A stretch of DNA of 44,600 nt, from positions 1 through 44,600 of the forward strand of contig JAUVKG010000001.1 in assembly GCA_030596365.1 (NCBI GenBank). Direction: 5' to 3'. Position 1 is the first letter of the stretch, and each line of letters begins with the position of its first letter. The notes beneath the pieces were generated by a model that was given only the letters and a program-made list of their open reading frames with translations, had not been told where the DNA came from and ran no database searches. A program made the position numbers and the translations under genes. Positions 34,078-41,043 of this stretch are shown piece after piece. Origin of the DNA: Chlamydiota bacterium. GTDB taxonomy: Bacteria > Auribacterota > UBA3054 > B51-G9.

Positions 34078-35784
34078 TTATCTACGTCTGGACTTGCCTT
34101 TACGATTATTAGCCTCTTTTATATCTTCCAGATCGGGTTTGTCGTTGTAATTGGTATCAAGGTCAATGTCCAACTCGAAAGTGTAGTATTTTTTCTCTTT
34201 AGTCATTCTGCGTTGAGTAAAGCCTGCAAATCCGGGGATTTTTGCAACTCTCTTCTTGCGTTTCGGCATATCGTCCATCCAATTACCATAATAACCACCA
34301 CGAAGCAGCAATCTCACCGGGCGGCTATAAAGTTCAGATTTTTCATCTACAATAATTCCCCCCGGACCGGCATTATCGGATTCTAATAATTCTCTTTCAT
34401 AAATATCGCCAAAAGTTATATTTTCAATTCCGCTAAACCACAGATTTGAAGGAATAGCTTTGCTAAAATCCTGTAATGCTTTAACATATAGATCACGACT
34501 CAAAATTACGCGATGGATTTCATCTATTTCGAGTTGTTTTTTATCGATTTGTTTTTGAATTTTACCAATTTTGCTGTTAAGTGTTGTTACTTTACTTAAT
34601 TCATTATTGGCGTTATCTGCCTGTTCTTTCACATCTGTACTTTTCATGCTTACAAGTGCAAAAAGAACAAAGAATATTGCAGCAAATATATACGCGGATG
34701 TCGCAATCCAAACTTTCTTCCGTTCCAACGACTGCTGAAGCTGAACTCCTTTCGGCAGAATATTTATTGCATAAGGAGCTAAACCGGCGCCGGCAAGCGC
34801 GCAACCAAGTGCCTGCGGATAGAGAGAAGGATTTTCTATTGTTTTATCAAATGCCTGAAAAACATTAAATTCCGATACATCTATTTTAAGACGACCGGAA
34901 AGAAAAGTTGTCAAGCCGGGAATATTACTATAACCGCCACAGACAAGAAGTTTTTGCGGTTTTTCTCCTCCCAGTTGAGATTTGAAAAACGTTAATGATC
35001 TTGTAATTTCCATTACAAGTCTTGACATTGTTGCACGCACATTTTTCAACACATCAGATTCTTCACCTGCGGGAGCAGCCAAATTGATTTGGGTAGCAAT
35101 TGTTTTTTTAGCTTCTTCTTCCGACATATTCAAGTTTTTAACAAGGGAAGAAACTATAGTTTTACCTGTAACCGGCAAAGTTCTAATCCAGATTTTTTTA
35201 CCGTCAACTATAACAAGATCACTTGCGGTAGCACCAATATTAAGAATTGCAACGGAAGTTTCCGCTTCACCGCCCGAAGAATGTAAACATACATTTCCGA
35301 TTGCCATTGCTCCGCAGTCAATTGAATTAGCTTCAAGACCTGCTTCGGCTAATATTGAGATAATATTTTCAACGACTTCTTTTTTAACTGCTGCAAGAAC
35401 GAGGTGACTCTGGTCGTTTTCTTCTCCCACAATCACGCTATCCCAATCAACGTTATTTAAAGAAACCGGAATTTGCTTATCGGCTTCCTGTTCAAGCTGA
35501 TTTTTAATATCCTCAGTTTTAATCTTCAGTGCTCTGATAAGCACTTGATCATTTGGAGCAGTGATATATAATTCGTCTTCTGGTTGGATAAGTTTTTCGC
35601 TTTTCCATGATTTCAGCACATTAACAACCGCTTCGCGCCAAGCTGAATCATCAGCATCAATTGCGAGATTTAAATCCTGCGACTTGCATTCTTTTATTCC
35701 CGGTTTATCGGAAATAATTGACAGAGCCACATATTTCAGTGTTTCATGTCCGAGATCGATACCTATTATTTTTTTGTCGGCCAC
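34078..35784 (-). CDS. PilM-PilN fusion protein (actin-like ATPase-fold PilM domain fused to a PilN-like TM/coiled-coil domain)
   Basis: The gene has a GTG start with AGGTGAGGA 7-8 nt upstream. The PilM-like actin fold shows IGIDLGHETLKYV, DCGAMAIGN, ILNIGATASDLVIV and LLVCGGYSNIPGL. An INILP motif (compare the PilN N-terminal INLLP) follows directly, then a TM helix (IATSAYIFAAIFFVLFALV) and a coiled coil. Confidence 0.8.
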   Translation of the reverse strand: MADKKIIGIDLGHETLKYVALSIISDKPGIKECKSQDLNLAIDADDSAWREAVVNVLKSWKSEKLIQPEDELYITAPNDQVLIRALKIKTEDIKNQLEQEADKQIPVSLNNVDWDSVIVGEENDQSHLVLAAVKKEVVENIISILAEAGLEANSIDCGAMAIGNVCLHSSGGEAETSVAILNIGATASDLVIVDGKKIWIRTLPVTGKTIVSSLVKNLNMSEEEAKKTIATQINLAAPAGEESDVLKNVRATMSRLVMEITRSLTFFKSQLGGEKPQKLLVCGGYSNIPGLTTFLSGRLKIDVSEFNVFQAFDKTIENPSLYPQALGCALAGAGLAPYAINILPKGVQLQQSLERKKVWIATSAYIFAAIFFVLFALVSMKSTDVKEQADNANNELSKVTTLNSKIGKIQKQIDKKQLEIDEIHRVILSRDLYVKALQDFSKAIPSNLWFSGIENITFGDIYERELLESDNAGPGGIIVDEKSELYSRPVRLLLRGGYYGNWMDDMPKRKKRVAKIPGFAGFTQRRMTKEKKYYTFELDIDLDTNYNDKPDLEDIKEANNRKGKSRRR

Positions 35785-36193
35785 TTGTATTCCTCACCTA
35801 ATATATATTAAGTATTTAAACTGATAAAGTGCTTGTATATTTACATTTTGCGCACAATTTTATACGCTTTAAATATTTAAGCACTTGCGTTATTTTGCGA
35901 GAACCCTACTTTAAAATTTACAAACTTTTTCATTAATTGTGCAATATGATACCAAAAGTATTTGCTATTGTCAAGCACTTATTATATTAATTGATACATC
36001 ATCGTTTTTATTCCACCAGCCTTGTGGTAATGGGGTATATAATTACAACAATACCTCATATATTCAACAAATCGGAAGGCCATTTATCCTTTGTCTGAAA
36101 GGTGATGATAAATCAGTCCGGGGTATACAGTATATCACCGAAAAAGAGCGTTTTCTTGCAAAAATTTGCTGCCTGATTTTCAATCAACTCGTG

Positions 36194-37288
36194 TTATATT
36201 TTGTTCTTCTTAACTTTGGCAAGTTTTTTTCTTAATTCGCTGACATCCTCTTCCTGGTTTCCGGTAACGGTAATACGCTGCGCACGGCCAAGTGCCTGTA
36301 TTACAATATCATATTGACGAGTTTCGAATGCGGTTTTAGCAATATTTATTTGTATTTCGGGATTTTCAGGCATATATGTTCCTGCCTGCCGGTATCTATG
36401 AAGTGCTATTTTATATTCTTTTTGTTCTACGGCTGTTTTCGCCCATTTAACATACAACAGAGCTATTTCTTTTTCAATTTCATTTCCTTGTTTAATTAAG
36501 TAAACTTTTTCAAGAAGATTTATTCCCTGATTGTATTTACCTTCTTCCCCGAGAAGAATTGCTTTCATGTATTGAGCATCAACAGAATTGGGTTTTAAAG
36601 CAAGAGACATTTTTATTTTAGACATCGCTATTTTATAATCATGTCTGTTGTAAGCCATTAATGCAAGATAATATAAAGCAGGCGCAGCAACAGGAGAATC
36701 AATTTCAACTTTTTCCCACGCTGCTACCGCTTCATTTGTTTTAGCCAAATATAATTTTGCCAGGCCTAGATTATACCACACAGCGCTATTATTTGAGACT
36801 ATTCCTGTTACCTGTTCGTAACAGGTTGCGGCAGAAGCATACTGTGTTAATGATGAATATCCGACTCCAAGATTGTATAAATAATCAGGATTTCTGGGAT
36901 CCATATAAACTGCGCGTTCTAAATATTTAACGGCTTCTTTTCGTCTGTTATTTCGTCCAAGAGTTACTCCAAATAAATATACAAGACGAGGATTCCTGTT
37001 ATCTACCGAAATTGCTTTTTCAAAATATGGTATGCTGTTTTCAAACTGACCTATTCGCTCATAACACGCGCCAAGATTAAGATATGCTTCCCCAAGATTA
37101 GGGTCATGCTGGACCGCCGATCTGAACGAACGTATCGCGGAACGGTAATTTTGACGTTTAACTTGTTTAATTCCTTCGCGAAAATATGTTTGAGCCTGTA
37201 TTGGAGACTGTTGAAATGTATTTGTCTGCACAGCCTGTAAATTAACTGTGGCTAAAATTAATAATATTGTTATTGTTAATTTTATCAT
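36194..37288 (-). CDS. secreted tetratricopeptide-repeat protein
   Basis: A signal peptide is followed by at least 8 TPR units (AYLNLGACYERIGQFENSIPYFEKAI, and others). It lies upstream of and co-directional with the pilus-like module, separated from it by 409 nt. Confidence 0.8.
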   Translation of the reverse strand: MIKLTITILLILATVNLQAVQTNTFQQSPIQAQTYFREGIKQVKRQNYRSAIRSFRSAVQHDPNLGEAYLNLGACYERIGQFENSIPYFEKAISVDNRNPRLVYLFGVTLGRNNRRKEAVKYLERAVYMDPRNPDYLYNLGVGYSSLTQYASAATCYEQVTGIVSNNSAVWYNLGLAKLYLAKTNEAVAAWEKVEIDSPVAAPALYYLALMAYNRHDYKIAMSKIKMSLALKPNSVDAQYMKAILLGEEGKYNQGINLLEKVYLIKQGNEIEKEIALLYVKWAKTAVEQKEYKIALHRYRQAGTYMPENPEIQINIAKTAFETRQYDIVIQALGRAQRITVTGNQEEDVSELRKKLAKVKKNKI

Positions 37289-37292
37289 TAGC

Positions 37293-37373
37293 AGGTAGTC
37301 AGGTGTCAGGTGTCAGGTGTCGGGTGTCAGGTGTCAGGTGTCGGGTGTCGGGTGTCAGGTGTCAGGTGTCAGG
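37293..37373. repeat. heptamer array GGTGTCA/GGTGTCG, about 11 units
   Basis: The array is read directly from the sequence. It begins 4 nt from the ATG of the TPR gene at 37288. Confidence 0.95.
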
Positions 37374-37378
37374 AATAT

Positions 37379-37577
37379 AATTCCATCATTCCATCAATCC
37401 ATCATTCCATCAATCCATCAATCCATCATTCCATCATTCCATCATTCCATCATTCCATCATTCCATCATTCCATCATTCCATCATTCCATCAATCCATCA
37501 TTCCATCAATCCATCATTCCATCATTCCATCATTCCATCATTCCATCAATCCATCATTCCATCAATCCATCATTCCA
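37379..37577. repeat. octamer array TCCATCAT/TCCATCAA, about 25 units
   Basis: The array is read directly from the sequence. It ends 20 nt from the 3' end of rnpB. Confidence 0.95.
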
Positions 37578-37596
37578 ATAATTCATAAATCAAATT

Positions 37597-37974
37597 GTAC
37601 TGCCCGCGGCATAAGCCGGATTCTGTCTCCCCGTTTAGGAGAGGGTAACCATTCATCTTTGCGACCTACCCGAAACATATAAACGGCAGGCGCGTCCGGA
37701 AGCGAACTTCCAATGTTTCCTATATGGTCTTGCACCGGATGGGGTTTTCCGTGCCCGCTACGTTACCGTTAGCGGCGGTGAGCTCTTACCTCGCCTTTTC
37801 ACCCTTACTCTGAATCCAGCAAGCTGAATTCAGGGCGGTATATTTTCTGTGGCACTTTCCGTCCACTCGTTAAGAGTGTCCCTTGGTTTCTCAAGGCATC
37901 CTGCCTACAGGTGTCCGGACTTTCCTCTTCGAACAAACAATGTTTGTCCAAAACGGTTACCGCGCGGGCAGTAC
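37597..37974 (-). ncRNA. rnpB: RNase P RNA, bacterial type A
   Basis: The reverse complement contains GAGGAAAGTCCGGAC (P4 5' strand), GTAAGGGTGAAAAGG, GGTAAGAGCTCACC and ACAGAATCCGGCTTAT (P4 3' strand). The terminal P1 pairing is GTACTGCCCGCG with CGCGGGCAGTAC. Confidence 0.9.
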
Positions 37975-38047
37975 AATCATTATTATTTGATTTTTTATAC
38001 AGCTATACTATTATACCGAAAACTGAGAATAAATGCTTGTATTTTAA

Positions 38048-38083
38048 GGTGTCAGGTGTCAGATGTCAGATGTCAGGTGTCAG
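38048..38083. repeat. heptamer array GGTGTCA/GATGTCA x5
   Basis: The sequence reads GGTGTCAGGTGTCAGATGTCAGATGTCAGGTGTCAG and lies upstream of rnpB. Confidence 0.9.
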
Positions 38084-38186
38084 AGAAAAATTACAAATCT
38101 ATGATTTGTCTAATTTTACGAGGATTCTCGGAATGGATAAAAATTCAAAGATTTTGACCATTTCGGCATTTTAAATAAAATTTGTA

Positions 38187-38216
38187 TTCATTCGTGTTTA
38201 TTAGTGTTCATTAGTG
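38187..38216. repeat. 10-nt tandem repeat TTCATTCGTG/TTTATTAGTG/TTCATTAGTG
   Basis: Three units are visible. Related units (ATTCGTGTA) occur at 44536-44567. Confidence 0.8.
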
Positions 38217-38257
38217 GTTAAAGGAATTGCATTAGTTTTTTCCGTGGTATTAGTGTC

Positions 38258-38285
38258 AAAAAAATGCCCCGCAAAATCACGGGGC
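38258..38285 (-). terminator. rho-independent terminator downstream of the COG1579 gene
   Basis: The minus strand reads GCCCCG-TGATTTTG-CGGGGC followed by ATTTTTTT. Confidence 0.7.
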
Positions 38286-38343
38286 ACAAATTTTCAAAAA
38301 TGTATTATCTCAAAATATCAAATGTCATCAAACTTTTTTAACT

Positions 38344-39081
38344 TTATCCAGCTAATGCTTCATTGTTTTCTATATAAAGAATTCTGCCGCAGTTTTTGCA
38401 GGTAACTAATGCATCGCCATCATTTAATGACATAATATCGGCAATGATCTGAGCGGGTAAACTTATGTGACATCCTCCGCACATACTATTATTTGCCTGA
38501 ACGATAATTTTTGGTGCACGTTTTTCATACAAATTATTATACGCCGAAATATATTTATCATTAATTTCTTTAACGACATCTTTCCGAATAAGTTTGTATC
38601 TTTTAGATTTTCCCTGAATTTCCAACAATTGTACTTTTACTTCATCGGCTTTTTTCAGCAAATCTTTTTTAATTTCATCAACCTGCGTCTTACCTTTTTC
38701 AAGATCGACTGAATTTTCTTCGGTTTGCTGAATATGATTTGCTAAATCCTCTTCCGCTTTAACTTTTGCTTCCTGTGCAGCTTTTATTTCTTTTGAAAGT
38801 GCTTGGTAAGCGTCATTTTTTTTAACTAATTTCTGATTACCTTCAAGATGTTTTATTTTCAGTTCTGCATCTTCAACATCAAGTTCAAGTTTCTTTTTAT
38901 CAATTTCCATCTGATTTTTATTTTCCTTTTTGGAAAATTGATCGTCAGCTGCCTGCTGATAACAAATCTGCTCATCACGTAACTTCTTAATTACATTGTT
39001 TTTCTCGCGTTGTATTTCAATTATTTCTTTATCAAGATTTTGCAAGTCGAGAAGTTTTTTGAGAGTATTGTTCATAAGCAT
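38344..39081 (-). CDS. COG1579/DUF164 coiled-coil protein with C-terminal C4 zinc-ribbon
   Basis: The N-terminus is LLDLQNLDKEI, followed by a long coiled coil. The C-terminus carries CGGCHISLP...CKNCGRILY. Confidence 0.8.
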   Translation of the reverse strand: MLMNNTLKKLLDLQNLDKEIIEIQREKNNVIKKLRDEQICYQQAADDQFSKKENKNQMEIDKKKLELDVEDAELKIKHLEGNQKLVKKNDAYQALSKEIKAAQEAKVKAEEDLANHIQQTEENSVDLEKGKTQVDEIKKDLLKKADEVKVQLLEIQGKSKRYKLIRKDVVKEINDKYISAYNNLYEKRAPKIIVQANNSMCGGCHISLPAQIIADIMSLNDGDALVTCKNCGRILYIENNEALAG

Positions 39082-39109
39082 TTATGGTAATTAAAAAAAG
39101 TGGAGATAT

Positions 39110-39138
39110 AAAAAAAGCGGAACTTTTATCGTTCCGCT
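39110..39138 (-). terminator. rho-independent terminator downstream of ORF 39153-40286
   Basis: The minus strand reads AGCGGAAC-GATAAAA-GTTCCGCT followed by TTTTTTT. Confidence 0.75.
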
Positions 39139-39152
39139 TTTAATTTTCTTTA

Positions 39153-40286
39153 TTATTTTAAATTCTTATATGTTGCGTCAATTGGAAATGCTCCATTCGG
39201 TGTTATTACATCACAACCAACGACCTCCGCAAATGTTGTGTGTTTCTTGTTCAACCGTACTTTCGATACCGAATAAGAATAAAAATCACAGTTCGCAAGC
39301 GTTGTATATTGACCATATTTTTTAGTGCTGATACTTATCTTCCCTACTGCTCCTATCGGTGTTGTTGGTGATGAATCATCGCCTGCAATAACTTTTGCTC
39401 CGGAACCGCCGCGAACACAAATAACTTTTCTTACTCCGTTCGCGGAATGATTAGATCCCGAAATGATTGTTCCTCCAAGACCGTTGGACACAAACACTTT
39501 ATCAATTTTACCTTCTGTAGTAGATGTTCCCGTAATATTTCCACCATTAATTGTTGTTTTTTTGTAACGACGGCCTTTTACGATCAATTGATTAATTCCA
39601 TGAACTGCTTCGCAATTTCCAAGCTTTCCACCACGAACATTTACAGCATTAATATAACTTTCACGCCCGTCTCCGGACTGTTTTACTGATACAGTGCCTG
39701 TAGTGAAATTTGTTTTTCCGCCACTTATAGTCATAGCCGAACGTGGATAATCCACTTTTACGACATTAATTTTGCCACCTTTTACATCAACATTTACATT
39801 AGGTACATTTCCTATAGTTTGCAAACTCTGTCCGATAACTCTGACACTCATAATAGGCAGATGATGATAACGCTTCAAAAATTCTCCGCTCATTCCCGCT
39901 TTAACCGTAATGCCACCGGATTCTAATGCAGAGTCTTGCATATTAAGAAAGCCGAACGGGACTTTTGTTCCATCGGGCATATCTATTGATTTAATAGAAG
40001 TTGCTGCAAAAAGTGTATATTGTTGGAAGGCCTGCCATGATATGCCATCAAACACAATATAAAGGCGAAGGCCGTTTACATTAGGTTTATAGATTGTGAA
40101 TCGTGATTCATAACCATCCTGGTTCACCCAGAAATCTACTAATTTTGTCGGGTTGGGCGAGCCATCAGTTTTAATATCTGTTCTTGCCTGAAATACGTAA
40201 TGTTTCCAGTCTCCTGCCAAAGCAGATGACACTAGTATAATAGCTACTAACGATAGGACAATTGTTCGTGCGATTTTTGGATTCAT
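39153..40286 (-). CDS. secreted GG-repeat (beta-helix-like) protein, paralogous to the N-terminal region of ORF 2328-4667
   Basis: A signal peptide is present. Repeated motifs include VKGGKINVV, ISGGKTNF, VRGGKLGN, INGGNITG and VRGGSGAKV. Confidence 0.6.
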   Translation of the reverse strand: MNPKIARTIVLSLVAIILVSSALAGDWKHYVFQARTDIKTDGSPNPTKLVDFWVNQDGYESRFTIYKPNVNGLRLYIVFDGISWQAFQQYTLFAATSIKSIDMPDGTKVPFGFLNMQDSALESGGITVKAGMSGEFLKRYHHLPIMSVRVIGQSLQTIGNVPNVNVDVKGGKINVVKVDYPRSAMTISGGKTNFTTGTVSVKQSGDGRESYINAVNVRGGKLGNCEAVHGINQLIVKGRRYKKTTINGGNITGTSTTEGKIDKVFVSNGLGGTIISGSNHSANGVRKVICVRGGSGAKVIAGDDSSPTTPIGAVGKISISTKKYGQYTTLANCDFYSYSVSKVRLNKKHTTFAEVVGCDVITPNGAFPIDATYKNLK

Positions 40287-40383
40287 GATATTCGCTCCAT
40301 GGTTATATGTATTTATTACAATTAATAAAAGTTTTAAAATTCGTTCTGCACAATCTTTTTTATGAATAAGAGATTATGGTCTA

Positions 40384-40459
40384 TGGTGGAGAATACCGGG
40401 ATTGAACCGGTGACCTCCTGGTTGCAAACCAGGCGCTCTCCCAGCTGAGCTAATTCCCC
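40384..40459 (-). tRNA. tRNA-Ala (anticodon UGC), CCA encoded
   Basis: The reverse complement is GGGGAATTAGCTCAGCTGGGAGAGCGCCTGGTTTGCAACCAGGAGGTCACCGGTTCAATCCCGGTATTCTCCACCA. It has the G3:U70 identity pair and a TGC anticodon in a 7-nt loop. Confidence 0.95.
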
Positions 40460-40519
40460 TTTTCATAAGAAAGACCTTCGCGTTGCGCATTATTGCTAAA
40501 GCAAACAACGTGTTAAGCA

Positions 40520-40596
40520 TGGTGGGCCTAGATAGACTTGAACTATCGACCTCGCGCTTATCAAGCGCGCGCTCTAACCAACTGAGCTATAGGCCC
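40520..40596 (-). tRNA. tRNA-Ile (anticodon GAU), CCA encoded
   Basis: The reverse complement is GGGCCTATAGCTCAGTTGGTTAGAGCGCGCGCTTGATAAGCGCGAGGTCGATAGTTCAAGTCTATCTAGGCCCACCA. It folds as a cloverleaf with a GAT anticodon. Confidence 0.95.
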
Positions 40597-40613
40597 GCAT
40601 TATTTTCGTAAAT

Positions 40614-40642
40614 ATGTTAACAAAAAAAGTATTGAAAGTCAA
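40614..40642 (-). promoter_or_regulatory. sigma-70-like promoter for the tRNA-Ile/tRNA-Ala pair
   Basis: The minus strand carries TTGACT (40642-40637), a 17-nt spacer, then TAACAT (40619-40614). The -10 element lies about 17 nt upstream of the tRNA-Ile 5' end. Confidence 0.45.
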
Positions 40643-40869
40643 CCCCGTTTCTATTTATTATTTATTATTAAATATTTATTATTTACAAAAGGAGTCGCAC
40701 TCGGAAGAACAACTTACTTAATTTTCATTTATTCAACCGGCGGATAATAGATGGGCTTCTCGAAAAGGCCGGTACGTCATTTTGACCCGAAATGATTGCT
40801 AAATAAAAATAATATTGCAGAAATTTCGCATCAAATTCTTTGCTAAACATAGATTTTAAACAATTTTTG

Positions 40870-40878
40870 TGGTATAAT
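40870..40878 (+). promoter_or_regulatory. extended -10 element TGGTATAAT upstream of polX
   Basis: An exact TGnTATAAT is present. This would give a leader of about 160 nt before the ATG at 41044. Confidence 0.4.
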
Positions 40879-40913
40879 GTTGGAATATAGATTAGTGGAA
40901 TGATGAAATGGAG

Positions 40914-40933
40914 GGACGCCGTCCCCGGCGTCC
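40914..40933. repeat. REP-like GC-rich hairpin GGACGCCG-TCCC-CGGCGTCC
   Basis: The stem is 8 bp with a 4-nt loop. It shares the GGACGCC arm sequence with the RayT internal palindrome. Confidence 0.8.
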
Positions 40934-40988
40934 TAAATGGAGAAACACCCCGCCCGAAATTCTCCGTGCGCTTCACGAACATTGGGTG

Positions 40989-41015
40989 TTGTCCATTTTG
41001 TCCATTTTGTCCATT
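40989..41015. repeat. 9-nt tandem repeat TTGTCCATT x3 (reverse complement of the GGACA units at 10634-10749)
   Basis: The repeat is read directly from the sequence and lies in the polX leader. Confidence 0.9.
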
Positions 41016-41043
41016 AAAAACAAACCCAAAAACACAAATTGCC

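Noticed and set aside
37310-37682. The plus-strand ORFs 37310-37588 and 37317-37682 ([10 protein letters not shown]..., [11 protein letters not shown]...).
   Set aside because: They are pure read-through of the heptamer and octamer arrays on the stop-free strand. The second ORF runs into the rnpB antisense strand.
37849-38174. The plus-strand ORFs 37849-38157 and 37911-38174.
   Set aside because: They lie antisense to the well-supported RNase P RNA and continue through the GGTGTCA array. They have no protein-like features.
40900-41043. The 48-aa N-terminal extension of PolX from the track start at 40900, and the antisense ORF 40725-41045.
   Set aside because: The extension translates the REP-like hairpin and the TTGTCCATT array (CCPFCPFCPL). 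The conserved PolX N-terminus begins at the ATG at 41044. The antisense ORF contains NGQNGQNGQ from the same array.
40287-41043. Whether rRNA genes lie next to the tRNA-Ile/tRNA-Ala pair.
   Set aside because: The flanking DNA is AT-rich spacer and protein-coding sequence, and no conserved 16S 3'-end or 23S 5'-end sequence is visible.
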